A DNA stretch of 64,000 nucleotides from NCBI RefSeq assembly GCF_000027125.1, contig NC_017626.1; one strand, written 5' to 3'. A model generated the notes under the pieces. The model was not told where the DNA came from. It made no database searches and saw only the letters and a list, made by a program, of their open reading frames with translations. This stretch comes from Escherichia coli 042. Its GTDB lineage: Bacteria; Pseudomonadota; Gammaproteobacteria; Enterobacterales; Enterobacteriaceae. Shown here in pieces: positions 43,988 through 55,557 of the stretch; the stretch's first letter is position 1; each line of letters begins with the position of its first letter. Made by a program: the position numbers and the translations under genes.

Positions 43988-45328
43988 TTAACGTACCATG
44001 CACGGACGCTTGTTATCGAACGTCCAGCCAGGAATCAGATACTGCATTCCCATTGCATCGTCACGCGCGCCAAGCCCGTGCTTCTGATACAGCTCGTGGG
44101 CTTTCATCACCTGATCCATATCGATTTCTACGCCCAATCCTGGTTTTTGCGGCACCTGTACCAGCCCGCCTTTGATCTCAAACGGTTCTTTGGTCAGACG
44201 CTGATTGCCTTCCTGCCAGATCCAGTGTGTATCAATCGCGGTGATTTTACCCGGTGCAGCAGCGGCTACATGGGTAAACATCGCCAGGGAGATATCGAAA
44301 TGATTGTTAGAGTGTGAACCCCAGGTCAGGCCAAATTCATGGCACATTTGCGCCACACGTACCGAACCTTGCATCGTCCAGAAATGCGGATCCGCCAGCG
44401 GGATATCAACGGATTGTAACGAGAGCGTATGGCCCATCTGCCGCCAGTCGGTGGCGATCATATTGGTTGCGGTTGGCAGGCCAGTCGCGCGACGGAACTC
44501 TGCCATCACTTCACGCCCGGAGAAACCTTGCTCCGCACCACACGGATCTTCTGCATAAGCCAGCGAACCTTTCAGGTATTTACCGATTTTAATCGCTTCG
44601 TTCAGCGACCAGGCACCGTTAGGATCGAGGGTAATACGCGCCTGTGGGAAGCGTTGCGCCAGTGCCACAATAGATTCGGCTTCTTCTTCCCCGGCCAGTA
44701 CACCGCCCTTCAGTTTGAAATCGTTGAAGCCATATTTTTCATATGCCGCTTCCGCCAGGCGCACCACCGCATCCGGCGTCATCGCTTCTTCGTGACGCAG
44801 GCGATACCAGTCACATTTATCATCCGGCTGGCTTTGATACGGCAGCGGTGTGGCTTTGCGATTACCGACGAAGAACAGATAACCGAGCATTTCGACTTCG
44901 CTACGCTGTTGACCATCGCCCAGCAGCGATGCCACGTTAACCCCCAGATGCTGCCCCAGCAGATCCAGCATTGCCGCTTCTATACCGGTAACCACATGAA
45001 TAGTGGTCCGCAAATCAAATGTCTGCAAACCGCGCCCGCCGGCATCACGATCGGCAAATGTATTACGCACCAGCGTCAGAACGTTTTTGTATTCACCCAG
45101 CGTTTTACCCACCACTAGCGGAATCGCATCTTCCAGCGTTTTACGGATTTTCTCGCCGCCGGGAATTTCCCCTACGCCGGTGTGACCAGAATTATCTTTG
45201 ATAATCACAATATTACGCGTGAAGAACGGTGCGTGTGCACCACTCAGATTCATCAGCATACTGTCATGGCCCGCCACCGGGATGACCTGCATTTCAGTAA
45301 CAACAGGCGTCGTAAATTGAGAACTCAT
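43988..45328 (-). CDS. gudD: glucarate dehydratase
   Basis: Track ORF 43988..45352; start placed at [25 protein letters not shown] (about 45328), 446 aa; enolase-superfamily fold. Confidence 0.9.
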   Translation of the reverse strand: MSSQFTTPVVTEMQVIPVAGHDSMLMNLSGAHAPFFTRNIVIIKDNSGHTGVGEIPGGEKIRKTLEDAIPLVVGKTLGEYKNVLTLVRNTFADRDAGGRGLQTFDLRTTIHVVTGIEAAMLDLLGQHLGVNVASLLGDGQQRSEVEMLGYLFFVGNRKATPLPYQSQPDDKCDWYRLRHEEAMTPDAVVRLAEAAYEKYGFNDFKLKGGVLAGEEEAESIVALAQRFPQARITLDPNGAWSLNEAIKIGKYLKGSLAYAEDPCGAEQGFSGREVMAEFRRATGLPTATNMIATDWRQMGHTLSLQSVDIPLADPHFWTMQGSVRVAQMCHEFGLTWGSHSNNHFDISLAMFTHVAAAAPGKITAIDTHWIWQEGNQRLTKEPFEIKGGLVQVPQKPGLGVEIDMDQVMKAHELYQKHGLGARDDAMGMQYLIPGWTFDNKRPCMVR

Positions 45329-45348
45329 ATTTATGTCCTTTTTCAAAA

Positions 45349-46689
45349 TCAATGACGGCCGAAAACGGGACGTTTACGGTCAAAGGTCCAGCCGGGGATC
45401 AGGTACTGCATCGGGCCCGCGTCGTTACGCGCACCGCCAGGCAGACGTTTATAGGCCTCATGCGCCTTTTGTACCTGCTCCCAGTCCAGTTCCACGCCCA
45501 GACCGGGCGCATCAGGAACGGCAATTTTTCCGTTTTTAATCTCCAGCGGATTTTTGGTCAGGCAACAATCTCCCTCCTGCCAAATCCAGTGGGTATCGAT
45601 AGCAGTAGGATTACCCGGTGCCGCCGCGCCCACATGGGTAAACATCGCCAGAGAGATATCAAAGTGGTTATTGGAATGGCAGCCCCAGGTCAGCCCCCAG
45701 TCGTCGCAAAGTTGCGCCACGCGGACTGCACCGGAAAGCGTCCAGAAGTGCGGATCGGCAAGTGGAATATCTACCGCATTGAGCATCACCGCATGGCCCA
45801 TTTCGCGCCAGTTGGTGGCGATCATGTTAGTCGCGACGGGCAAGCCGGTCGCCCGCCGAAACTCCGCCATCACTTCACGTCCGGAGAAACCCTGTTCTGC
45901 GCCACATGGATCTTCGGCATAGGTGAGAACATCATTCAGCCCTTTGCACAGAGAAATGGCTTCATCAAGCAGCCATGCACCGTTGGGATCAACGGTAATT
46001 CGCGCATCCGGGAAGCGTTTCTTCAATGCACGAACAGTGTCGATTTCTTGCTCGCCAGGTAACACTCCGCCCTTAAGTTTGAAATCTTTAAAGCCATAGC
46101 GATCCTGTGAAGCTTCCGCCAGACGCACAACGGCTTCGCTGTTCATCGCTTTCTGATGCCGCAATTGATACCACTCATGGTTGCCCGGCGTATTTTCCAG
46201 ATAAGGAAGATCGGTTTTGGTCCGATCACCGATATAAAACAGATAACCGAGGACGGTAATAGCATCGCGTTGCTTGCCTGGCCCTAACAGTTCGCAGACC
46301 GGAACATTCAGCGCCTTACCTAGCAGGTCAAGCAAGGCGGCTTCCAGCGCCGCCACGGCATTAACGCGCAATTCAAAAGTCCAGGCACCTTTGCCGAAGG
46401 TATCAAAATCGGCTGCCTGATTACCTTTATGCACCTGCTGAACCACTTTATTCAGGCGCGCAACTTCCTGGCCCAGCACCATCGGAATAGCATCGACCAG
46501 TGTCTGATAAATCACCTCTCCGCCCGGCGCTTCACCAATACCGGTATGCCCGGCGTTATCGGTGAGTACCACAATATTGCGGGTGAAATATGCGTTATGT
46601 GCACCACCAATATTAAGCAACATGCTGTCATGCCCGGCCACCGGAATGACTTTCATATCAGTAATAACAGGACTGGATTGTGTCGTCAT
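45349..46689 (-). CDS. gudX: glucarate dehydratase-related protein (paralog of GudD)
   Basis: 446 aa, [31 protein letters not shown]...; strongly paralogous to the adjacent gudD. Confidence 0.9.
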   Translation of the reverse strand: MTTQSSPVITDMKVIPVAGHDSMLLNIGGAHNAYFTRNIVVLTDNAGHTGIGEAPGGEVIYQTLVDAIPMVLGQEVARLNKVVQQVHKGNQAADFDTFGKGAWTFELRVNAVAALEAALLDLLGKALNVPVCELLGPGKQRDAITVLGYLFYIGDRTKTDLPYLENTPGNHEWYQLRHQKAMNSEAVVRLAEASQDRYGFKDFKLKGGVLPGEQEIDTVRALKKRFPDARITVDPNGAWLLDEAISLCKGLNDVLTYAEDPCGAEQGFSGREVMAEFRRATGLPVATNMIATNWREMGHAVMLNAVDIPLADPHFWTLSGAVRVAQLCDDWGLTWGCHSNNHFDISLAMFTHVGAAAPGNPTAIDTHWIWQEGDCCLTKNPLEIKNGKIAVPDAPGLGVELDWEQVQKAHEAYKRLPGGARNDAGPMQYLIPGWTFDRKRPVFGRH

Positions 46690-46690
46690 C

Positions 46691-48043
46691 TTATTGCCCC
46701 GCGACAGGTTTCAGCTCGATACGCTTGATATCGCCCACCAGCACCAGGTAGCTCAGCACCGCGATTAAGGCATGAACACCAACATAAATCAGCGCCCCAT
46801 TAAACGAGCCAGTCGTGCCAACGATATAACCAATTGCGATTGGCGTGACGATGCCAGAAATGTTACCGAACATGTTGAACAGGCCACCGGAAAGACCGCT
46901 GATCTCTTTTGGCGCGGTATCTGCCATTACTGCCCAACCCAGCGCCCCGATGCCCTTACCGAAGAAGGCCAGCGCCATAAAACCGATGATCATCCACTCA
47001 ACGTTGACGTAGTTGCAGAACACCATCACCATCGACAGCAACATGCCCATTACGATCGGTGTTTTACGCGCAATGTTCAGCGATCCCGTGCGGCGCATCA
47101 GCCAGTCGGAAATAATCCCACCCAGCACACCGCCGATAAAACCGCAAACCGCCGGAACGGAAGCCACAAAGCCCGCTTTCAGAATCGACATCCCACGCGC
47201 CTGCACCAGATAAACCGGAAACCAGGTAATGAAAAAGTAAGTCAGGGCGTTGATACAGTACTGACCGATATAAACGCCGATCATCATCCGTGACCCGAGC
47301 AGCTGTTTGATCTGCCCCCACTTCACGCTGAACGGCACTTTAACTTTGGTATTTTGCTGATCCATATTGATCAGCGCGCCACCCGCGGCGATGTACTCCA
47401 GCTCTTTCTGATTTACACCCGGATGTTGATTTGGCTCGTGGATGACTTTCAACCAGATAAAGCTGATGACAATGCCCAGACCGCCCATAAAGAAGAAGAC
47501 GTGTGACCAGCCCACTTCATGCGTCAGCCAGCCCATAATCGGCGCGAAGATCACCGTTGCGAAGTATTGAGCGGAGTTAAAAATCGACACCGCCGTTCCC
47601 CTTTCCTGCGCCGGAAACCAAGCCGCAACAATGCGACTGTTGCCGGGGAAAGATGGCGCTTCAGCAAGCCCGACCAGGAAGCGCAGCGTAAACAGGGCAA
47701 CGATAATGCCGAATCCACTAAAGATATCGACGAAGCCTTGCAGCAAGGTAAACATCGACCAGATAAAGATCGACCAGAAGTAGACGCGTTTTGAACCAAA
47801 ACGATCCAGCAACCAACCACCAGGGATCTGCCCGATAACATAAGCCCATGAGAAGGCAGAGAACACATAGCCCATTCCCACGGGATCAAGGCCGATATCT
47901 TTGGCCATTTCCGAACCGGCAATAGAAAGCGTAGCGCGGTCGCCGTAGTTGAAGGATGTGACGATAAACAACATCACCACTATCCAGTAACGAGCATTCG
48001 TGCGTTTTTCCACACTGCTCGCAGCCTGACTTAAAGAACTCAT
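46691..48043 (-). CDS. gudP: glucarate/galactarate MFS transporter
   Basis: 450 aa polytopic MFS protein, first gene of gudPXD. Confidence 0.9.
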   Translation of the reverse strand: MSSLSQAASSVEKRTNARYWIVVMLFIVTSFNYGDRATLSIAGSEMAKDIGLDPVGMGYVFSAFSWAYVIGQIPGGWLLDRFGSKRVYFWSIFIWSMFTLLQGFVDIFSGFGIIVALFTLRFLVGLAEAPSFPGNSRIVAAWFPAQERGTAVSIFNSAQYFATVIFAPIMGWLTHEVGWSHVFFFMGGLGIVISFIWLKVIHEPNQHPGVNQKELEYIAAGGALINMDQQNTKVKVPFSVKWGQIKQLLGSRMMIGVYIGQYCINALTYFFITWFPVYLVQARGMSILKAGFVASVPAVCGFIGGVLGGIISDWLMRRTGSLNIARKTPIVMGMLLSMVMVFCNYVNVEWMIIGFMALAFFGKGIGALGWAVMADTAPKEISGLSGGLFNMFGNISGIVTPIAIGYIVGTTGSFNGALIYVGVHALIAVLSYLVLVGDIKRIELKPVAGQ

Positions 48044-48370
48044 TGTTGCACTCCTGAAAATTCGCGTTAGCCACGCTCACTCTGGACTGCGACATCGCCA
48101 GGAAATCAGAGGTGACGTAGGGTGTTTTTTGCCGTTTTTATAGGTCGTTCGCCGAATACGGCGCGTGTTTATATCTGGCAATAGCAGTATAAAAAGCGCG
48201 CCATAGCGGCTCACCGTGCAACAACACAACATTAATGCGTTCAATGAGGCCCAATTTTGGCATTAGCCCTGGACGGTGGAATCCACTTCACGGAAATGAA
48301 AACAAGAACAAGAAAGGAAGGGTTAAAACGAAGAAATAAAGAAGAGTATGAAATGGATCGCTTGACTCCA

Positions 48371-48421
48371 GGCAAACGCCAGTAAAAATCCGCGCTATGA
48401 AGCAGTTTTTACTGGCATTTG
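48371..48421. repeat. 17-bp-arm inverted repeat in the yqcA-gudP intergenic region
   Basis: GCAAACGCCAGTAAAAA ...17 bp... TTTTTACTGGCATTTGC (one mismatch). Confidence 0.7.
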
Positions 48422-48442
48422 CCTGAAAAGATTCGATTCAGC

Positions 48443-48502
48443 ACCGCTAAAACGGCATTTACACCGCTAAAACGGCATTTACACCGCTAAAACGGCATTT
48501 AC
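48443..48502. repeat. perfect tandem repeat, 3 x 20 bp, plus partial fourth copy
   Basis: ACCGCTAAAACGGCATTTAC repeated three times head-to-tail, followed by CCGCT. Confidence 0.9.
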
Positions 48503-48517
48503 CGCTCGCTGAACGTA

Positions 48518-48967
48518 TCAGGACAACAGCGTGCCCCAATGTTCGACCCACGGATTTGATTCCGTTTCCGGTTCCGGGTTCTCACTGGCGTCAATCAACA
48601 GCATTTCTCCCACTCGCTGAGCGCTCTGTTCCTGCAACAAGGCATCGAACTGTTTGCCGCCATTGCAGAAATTCACATAACTACTGTCGCCGAGCGCAAT
48701 CACGCCATAACGCAGATTCGGCTGGAAGCCCAGGGTATCTTTGATTCCCTGAAAGAGCGGCACAATGCTATCAGGAAGGTCGCCCTGCCCGGTCGTGGAC
48801 GTAACCACCAGAACATACTTATCCTGATAGGGCAGCCAGTCGCTTAATTCAGGATCTTCAAATACCGTTGCTTTGTGGCCCTGTGCGGTCAGAATTGCTT
48901 CTGCTTCTTCCGCCACTAACAGCGAATTTCCGTACATGGTGCCGACAAAAATACCAATTTCCGCCAT
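48518..48967 (-). CDS. yqcA: flavodoxin-like protein
   Basis: 149 aa, [23 protein letters not shown]...; flavodoxin fold. Confidence 0.9.
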   Translation of the reverse strand: MAEIGIFVGTMYGNSLLVAEEAEAILTAQGHKATVFEDPELSDWLPYQDKYVLVVTSTTGQGDLPDSIVPLFQGIKDTLGFQPNLRYGVIALGDSSYVNFCNGGKQFDALLQEQSAQRVGEMLLIDASENPEPETESNPWVEHWGTLLS

Positions 48968-48984
48968 ACCGTTTTCTCCCTGGA

Positions 48985-49767
48985 TTAGGAACTTATCTCT
49001 CCATCCTGACCCGATGGCGCACTGAACTCAACCCTTTCATTTTCAGGAAGCAGACCGCGCCAGCCAAATTGTGATAACGCCTGCATCCAGGTGTCGTCCA
49101 GGCCCGCGTGAATAGTCAGCGGCTCGCCAGTAAAAGGATGCGTCAATGACAACTGACTGGCATGCAACATTAACCGCTGAAGGCCAAAATGTTCAGCACC
49201 GCTGCGATTCTGGCGTAAATCACCATGTTTGCTGTCGCCAATAATCGGGTGGCGCAAATGGGCAAGATGGCGACGGAGCTGGTGCTTGCGTCCGGTTTTC
49301 GGCTCCAGTTCCACCAGGCCGTAGCGCGTGGTCGGGTAACGTCCGGTCGCTACCGGCATTTCTACGGTCGCCAGACCGCGATAATGCGTCACTGCTGGCT
49401 GTGGGCCTTTATCTTCGCGGGCAAATTTATCAGCGATTTTGTCCAGTTCTTCCACCAGTGGATAATCCAGAACTGCTTCTTCCATCAACCAGCCGCGCAC
49501 AATCGCATGGTAACGTTTCTGGATTTGGTGCTGTTCAAACTGTTGTGCCAGCAGCCGTCCGGCCTCGCTGGATAATCCCATCAACAACACACCAGAAGTT
49601 GGTCGGTCCAGACGATGAGCAGTAAACACATGCTGGCCTATCTGGTCACGCACGGTTTGCATGACCACTACTTTCTCGTCGCGATCCAGCCAGCTGCGGT
49701 GAACCAGCCAGCCGGAGGGTTTATTTACCGCAACCAGCCATTCATCCTGATAGAGTATTTCCAGCAT
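48985..49767 (-). CDS. truC: tRNA pseudouridine(65) synthase
   Basis: 260 aa; RluA-family motif [12 protein letters not shown]. Confidence 0.92.
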   Translation of the reverse strand: MLEILYQDEWLVAVNKPSGWLVHRSWLDRDEKVVVMQTVRDQIGQHVFTAHRLDRPTSGVLLMGLSSEAGRLLAQQFEQHQIQKRYHAIVRGWLMEEAVLDYPLVEELDKIADKFAREDKGPQPAVTHYRGLATVEMPVATGRYPTTRYGLVELEPKTGRKHQLRRHLAHLRHPIIGDSKHGDLRQNRSGAEHFGLQRLMLHASQLSLTHPFTGEPLTIHAGLDDTWMQALSQFGWRGLLPENERVEFSAPSGQDGEISS

Positions 49768-50096
49768 TAGCTCGCATCATCCGCAAAAAGAGCATCCAGT
49801 TTTTCCAGCTCAGCCAGAATAAGCGCGCGTTGCGGGTGGTCCGTCGCCAGCGCCATTTCATAATAGGGTGCAACGGCAAAAGCGCCCGGTAACGGCTGGT
49901 TGTTATCTAACAAATCGTGCATTCGCGGGATCAGCACCCACTGCAACCACTCCAGTGGTTCCATGGTGTCCATAAAGAACGGTTGGGTACTGTTAAATTG
50001 ATGCGGCTGGGGTTCATCGTTTTGCCAGTGCTGATGTTCACGCAGTAATGCTTCAAGCGCCTGCAGCTGGAGACGAACGCGGTCATGAGTGGTCAT
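49767..50096 (-). CDS. yqcC: DUF446-family protein
   Basis: 109 aa, overlapping the truC start; position upstream of csrB. Confidence 0.85.
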   Translation of the reverse strand: MTTHDRVRLQLQALEALLREHQHWQNDEPQPHQFNSTQPFFMDTMEPLEWLQWVLIPRMHDLLDNNQPLPGAFAVAPYYEMALATDHPQRALILAELEKLDALFADDAS

Positions 50097-50141
50097 AAAG
50101 CAACCTCAATAAGAAAAACTGCCGCGAAGGATAGCAGGAAT

Positions 50142-50498
50142 AAAAAAAGGGAGCACTGTATTCACAGTGCTCCCGGTTCGTTTCGCAGCATTCCAGCTAC
50201 TTTTGTTGCTCCCTGCTCATCCTTGACAACTTTTCCTCTGGCCTTGCGGCCAATCGTTCATCCTGAACTATTGCTTCCTGCTCACACCACCCCGATGTGA
50301 TACTTCATCCTGAAGTGTCCCTGGCCTTCCTGGCCCACCGAATCATCCTGACCGGTTCTCATTCTCCATCCTGGAGGTGTCCTTTAACGCGTCCTGCGTC
50401 ATCCTCTTCGCTTCATCCAGAAGCCTTTCCCTGAAACACCATCCTGGTGTGTCCTTCAGAAGTGTCATCATCCTGATGTTCACTTCGTTGTCTGACTC
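50142..50498 (-). ncRNA. csrB: CsrB regulatory sRNA (CsrA-sequestering)
   Basis: About 357 nt with many CAGGATG / AGGA motifs (seen as CATCCTG on the + strand); 5' end GAGTCAGACAACGAAGTGAACATCAGGATG; 3' terminator GGGAGCACTG...CAGTGCTCCC plus U-tract. Track ORFs 50085..50300 and 50377..50565 lie inside it and are not coding. Confidence 0.95.
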
Positions 50499-50680
50499 CC
50501 TGTCGACGAAGATAGAATCGTCTTTTTCGCGAAGTCTTACAAGGCGCTTACAGACAATGCCTTAAGGAAAATTTCATATGAAAGTTAAGGATTAACAAGC
50601 AATATATTGATTTTAAATGAAAATAACGATTCTTATCTTTTTAAGTATTCGCTTATTTCCTGGCGATCTCCTACAGAGTC

Positions 50681-50698
50681 TGTAAGAGATCTCTCACA
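50681..50698. promoter_or_regulatory. 18-bp palindrome TGTAAGAGATCTCTCACA upstream of csrB (UvrY/SirA-type box)
   Basis: Near-perfect inverted repeat about 185 bp upstream of the csrB 5' end; matches the UvrY-type recognition sequence as I recall it. Confidence 0.7.
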
Positions 50699-50717
50699 AC
50701 CAGATGGGGTATTTGGA

Positions 50718-51263
50718 TTACAGAAGAGGCTTAAGTTGATTAAGGAATTCCGCAAGATTTGAGGCTAAATGCGCCCGTTTACGTGTTCCCAGCGTCTCTT
50801 TGCACACTTCACCGGAGAGATTACACACCGAGATGACCTCTAACTCTTCTTCCAGCGTCGCGATAAATAGCGTGGGCGGCAGTTTTAGCCTTTTCTGAGT
50901 CACCAGATGACCAATCAGATTTTCCTGCACCCGACGGAAGTCGTCTTCACTCCAGGTTTGCAGCAATGTCAGTTTAATATCGCCAAACTGCGCGTGCATA
51001 TCCCCGGCAAACTGAGTCGTATAAAAGGTATGAATTGTGGGTTGTATCACAATATCAAAAGCGCGTTCAACCGCGTTTACATTTTGTTCCCCGGTAAACG
51101 GCTGGGGTTGCCAGTATACGGCGTCTTCGGTGGTTGAAATAATGCACGGTGAAGGAACGCCGTACAGTTCCTCACTCAACGGCCAGCTTTTATGCTCTTC
51201 ATGCCACGCATCGCAGTAGCGTGCAGTAAAATCTTTCAGGGCTTGTGCGGTCAAATCGTCCAC
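50718..51263 (-). CDS. syd: SecY-interacting protein Syd
   Basis: 181 aa, [24 protein letters not shown]... Confidence 0.92.
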   Translation of the reverse strand: MDDLTAQALKDFTARYCDAWHEEHKSWPLSEELYGVPSPCIISTTEDAVYWQPQPFTGEQNVNAVERAFDIVIQPTIHTFYTTQFAGDMHAQFGDIKLTLLQTWSEDDFRRVQENLIGHLVTQKRLKLPPTLFIATLEEELEVISVCNLSGEVCKETLGTRKRAHLASNLAEFLNQLKPLL

Positions 51264-51330
51264 TAATTTCTCTCTTCACTTAAACCAGATACACTTGTCG
51301 TTTAGTTTATCTGGTTTATGACGGTGAAAC

Positions 51331-52179
51331 ATGTCTTCTTATGCAAACCATCAGGCACTTGCGGGCCTGACTCTTGGAAAATCAACCGATTACCGGGATA
51401 CCTATGACGCCAGCCTACTGCAAGGCGTTCCGCGTAGTCTGAATCGCGATCCGCTGGGTCTGAAAGCGGATAACCTGCCTTTTCACGGTACGGATATCTG
51501 GACGCTATATGAACTTTCCTGGCTGAATGCGAAAGGTTTGCCGCAGGTCGCCGTCGGTCATGTTGAACTTGATTACACCAGCGCAAATCTGATTGAGTCG
51601 AAGAGTTTTAAGCTCTATCTCAACAGTTTTAACCAGACGCGTTTTAATAACTGGGATGAGGTGCGCCAGACGCTGGAGCGCGACTTAAGCACTTGCGCTC
51701 AGGGTAAGGTTAGCGTGGCGTTATATCGTCTTGATGAACTGGAAGGCCAACCGATAGGTCATTTCAATGGCACTTGCATTGATGACCAGGATATCGCTAT
51801 CGATAACTATGAATTCACCACTGACTATCTTGAGAATGCCACCAGCGGCGAGAAAGTAGTGGAAGAAACACTCGTTAGCCACCTGCTGAAATCAAACTGC
51901 CTGATTACTCATCAGCCAGACTGGGGATCTATCCAAATTCAGTATCGTGGACGCAAGATTGACAGGGAAAAACTGCTGCGTTATCTGGTTTCTTTCCGTC
52001 ATCATAACGAGTTCCATGAACAGTGCGTAGAACGCATTTTTAATGACCTGTTACGCTTCTGCCAGCCAGAGAAATTGAGCGTTTACGCACGTTATACCCG
52101 TCGTGGCGGTCTGGACATTAACCCGTGGCGCAGTAATAGCGATTTTGTCCCATCGACCACAAGACTGGTTCGGCAATAA
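51331..52179 (+). CDS. queF: NADPH-dependent 7-cyano-7-deazaguanine reductase
   Basis: 282 aa; two-domain YqcD-type QueF with Cys in ...[17 protein letters not shown]. Confidence 0.93.
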   Translation: MSSYANHQALAGLTLGKSTDYRDTYDASLLQGVPRSLNRDPLGLKADNLPFHGTDIWTLYELSWLNAKGLPQVAVGHVELDYTSANLIESKSFKLYLNSFNQTRFNNWDEVRQTLERDLSTCAQGKVSVALYRLDELEGQPIGHFNGTCIDDQDIAIDNYEFTTDYLENATSGEKVVEETLVSHLLKSNCLITHQPDWGSIQIQYRGRKIDREKLLRYLVSFRHHNEFHEQCVERIFNDLLRFCQPEKLSVYARYTRRGGLDINPWRSNSDFVPSTTRLVRQ

Positions 52180-52290
52180 ATTTTTTCTCAATTTTGCGTG
52201 CTGGATTCACGCAGAAGGTTGTGAAAGGTCATCAGGCAGGGCTATTGTAATCAAAGGGAATGACGATATTCGTCCCATAAGGAGTTTTTC

Positions 52291-53655
52291 TTGATTACAC
52301 ATATTAGCCCGCTTGGCTCCATGGATATGTTGTCGCAGCTGGAAGTGGATATGCTTAAACGCACCGCCAGCAGCGACCTCTATCAACTGTTTCGCAACTG
52401 TTCACTTGCCGTACTGAACTCCGGTAGTTTGACCGATAACAGCAAAGAATTGCTGTCTCGTTTTGAAAATTTCGATATTAACGTCCTGCGCCGTGAACGC
52501 GGCGTAAAGCTGGAACTGATTAATCCCCCGGAAGAGGCTTTTGTCGATGGGCGAATTATTCGCGCTTTGCAGGCCAACTTGTTCGCGGTTCTGCGTGACA
52601 TTCTCTTCGTTTACGGGCAAATCCATAACACCGTTCGTTTTCCCAACCTGAATCTCGACAACTCCGTCCACATCACTAACCTGGTCTTTTCCATCTTGCG
52701 TAACGCTCGCGCACTGCATGTCGGTGAAGCGCCAAATATGGTGGTCTGCTGGGGCGGGCACTCAATTAACGAAAACGAGTATTTGTATGCCCGTCGCGTC
52801 GGGAATCAGCTGGGCCTGCGTGAGCTGAATATCTGCACCGGCTGTGGTCCGGGAGCGATGGAAGCGCCAATGAAAGGTGCTGCGGTCGGACACGCACAGC
52901 AGCGTTACAAAGACAGTCGTTTTATTGGTATGACAGAGCCATCGATTATCGCCGCTGAACCGCCTAACCCGCTGGTCAACGAATTGATCATCATGCCGGA
53001 TATCGAAAAACGTCTGGAAGCGTTTGTCCGTATCGCTCACGGTATCATTATCTTCCCTGGCGGTGTGGGTACGGCAGAAGAGTTGCTGTATTTGCTGGGA
53101 ATTTTAATGAACCCGGCCAACAAAGATCAGGTTTTACCATTGATCCTCACCGGCCCAAAAGAGAGCGCCGACTACTTCCGCGTACTGGACGAGTTTGTCG
53201 TGCATACGTTGGGTGAAAACGCGCGCCGCCATTACCGCATCATCATTGATGACGCCGCTGAAGTCGCTCGTCAGATGAAAAAATCGATGCCGCTGGTGAA
53301 AGAAAATCGCCGCGACACAGGCGATGCCTACAGCTTTAACTGGTCAATGCGCATTGCGCCAGATTTGCAAATGCCGTTTGAGCCGTCTCACGAGAACATG
53401 GCTAATCTGAAGCTTTACCCGGATCAACCTGTTGAAGTGCTGGCTGCCGATCTGCGCCGTGCGTTCTCCGGTATTGTGGCGGGTAACGTAAAAGAAGTCG
53501 GTATTCGCGCCATTGAAGAGTTTGGTCCTTACAAAATCAACGGCGATAAAGAGATTATGCGTCGTATGGACGACCTGCTACAGGGTTTTGTTGCCCAGCA
53601 TCGTATGAAGTTGCCAGGCTCAGCCTACATCCCTTGCTACGAAATCTGCACGTAA
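52291..53655 (+). CDS. ppnN: nucleotide 5'-monophosphate nucleosidase (LOG-family, YgdH-type)
   Basis: 454 aa; LOG-family motif [10 protein letters not shown]. Confidence 0.9.
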
Positions 53656-54210
53656 TCCCCCTCCCCCGGTGACGTTTGTTGCCGGGTTTTCTCGTTTTTG
53701 GTCACATACCCATCAATTTATTTCATTTGTTATATGAATGTTTCTTACCACCCTCACGCGATAAATATCATTACAGTTAATATGTCATACAATTTATGTT
53801 GTAACGCAAACGTTTCCCTATTTTCATAAACCACATTTTATCGCTATGAAAAAGAAATTATCGCCATGATTAACTAAAAGTATTGATTTTTTCAGTTCAA
53901 CCTACATATATTGCGCGCCCCGGAAGAAGTCAGATGTCGTTTAATGGGCAAATATTGCCCTTAAATTCTCTTTTACTTTTGATTTACAGAGTAAAGCGTT
54001 GGGATAATCTATCTTCCAAGTAGATTATTGTATTTGGGATCAAGATCACTGATAGATACATAACTTGTGTGTATCTTTCCGCCCTCAAATTATTACGGCG
54101 GTAAATGATTAAGCCATCGCCGATAGACAGATTTCATTTTTACGGTCAGGCACCTTCCCGGGCTGAACTGGCTAAAAGCTGAATTATTTGCATTCCTCCA
54201 GGAGAAATAG

Positions 54211-55500
54211 ATGGAAACGACTCAAACCAGCACGATTGCGTCGAAAGACTCTCGTAGTGCCTGGCGCAAGACAGACACCATGTGGATGCTGGGCCTTTAC
54301 GGCACGGCAATCGGCGCGGGCGTGCTGTTCCTGCCAATCAACGCCGGTGTTGGCGGTATGATCCCGCTGATCATCATGGCTATCCTTGCGTTCCCGATGA
54401 CATTTTTTGCTCACCGCGGTCTGACTCGCTTCGTACTGTCTGGTAAAAACCCGGGCGAAGACATCACCGAGGTTGTAGAAGAACACTTTGGTATTGGCGC
54501 AGGTAAACTGATTACCCTGCTCTACTTCTTCGCTATCTACCCGATCCTGCTGGTTTATAGCGTGGCAATCACCAATACAGTTGAAAGCTTCATGTCTCAC
54601 CAGCTGGGTATGACGCCACCGCCGCGTGCGATTCTGTCGCTGATCCTGATCGTGGGTATGATGACCATCGTTCGCTTTGGTGAGCAGATGATCGTTAAAG
54701 CGATGAGTATTCTGGTATTCCCGTTTGTTGGCGTACTGATGCTGCTGGCTCTGTACCTGATCCCGCAGTGGAACGGCGCAGCACTGGAAACGCTGTCTCT
54801 GGACACTGCATCGGCAACCGGAAACGGTCTGTGGATGACCCTGTGGCTGGCAATTCCGGTAATGGTGTTCTCGTTCAACCACTCTCCGATCATCTCTTCT
54901 TTCGCCGTTGCGAAGCGTGAAGAGTACGGCGATATGGCAGAACAGAAATGCTCGAAGATCCTGGCATTCGCACACATCATGATGGTGCTGACCGTAATGT
55001 TCTTCGTATTCAGCTGCGTACTGAGCCTGACTCCGGCAGACCTGGCTGCGGCTAAAGAGCAGAACATCTCGATTCTGTCTTACCTGGCTAACCACTTTAA
55101 CGCACCGGTTATCGCGTGGATGGCTCCGATTATCGCGATTATCGCAATCACCAAATCCTTCCTCGGCCACTACCTGGGCGCACGTGAAGGCTTCAACGGT
55201 ATGGTGATTAAATCTCTGCGTGGTAAAGGTAAGTCTATCGAAATCAACAAGCTGAACCGTATCACTGCGCTGTTCATGCTGGTAACGACCTGGATTGTTG
55301 CCACCCTGAACCCGAGCATCCTGGGTATGATTGAAACCCTGGGCGGCCCAATCATCGCGATGATCCTGTTCCTGATGCCGATGTACGCAATTCAGAAAGT
55401 ACCGGCAATGCGTAAGTACAGCGGTCACATCAGCAACGTATTCGTTGTCGTGATGGGTCTGATTGCAATCTCCGCAATCTTCTACTCTCTGTTCAGCTAA
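54211..55500 (+). CDS. sdaC: serine:H+ symporter
   Basis: 429 aa, [42 protein letters not shown]... Confidence 0.95.
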   Translation: METTQTSTIASKDSRSAWRKTDTMWMLGLYGTAIGAGVLFLPINAGVGGMIPLIIMAILAFPMTFFAHRGLTRFVLSGKNPGEDITEVVEEHFGIGAGKLITLLYFFAIYPILLVYSVAITNTVESFMSHQLGMTPPPRAILSLILIVGMMTIVRFGEQMIVKAMSILVFPFVGVLMLLALYLIPQWNGAALETLSLDTASATGNGLWMTLWLAIPVMVFSFNHSPIISSFAVAKREEYGDMAEQKCSKILAFAHIMMVLTVMFFVFSCVLSLTPADLAAAKEQNISILSYLANHFNAPVIAWMAPIIAIIAITKSFLGHYLGAREGFNGMVIKSLRGKGKSIEINKLNRITALFMLVTTWIVATLNPSILGMIETLGGPIIAMILFLMPMYAIQKVPAMRKYSGHISNVFVVVMGLIAISAIFYSLFS

Positions 55501-55557
55501 GTCCTTTCGCGCCGCTTTCGGGCGGCGCTTCCTCCGTTTTAACGCGATGTATTTCCT

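Noticed and set aside
44429-46062. 229-aa and 236-aa + strand ORFs
   Set aside because: Antisense to gudD and gudX respectively.
50085-50565. Two small + strand ORFs (71 aa, 62 aa)
   Set aside because: They overlie the csrB sRNA; the repeated HPELLLP / IILT peptides are translated CsrA-binding repeats.
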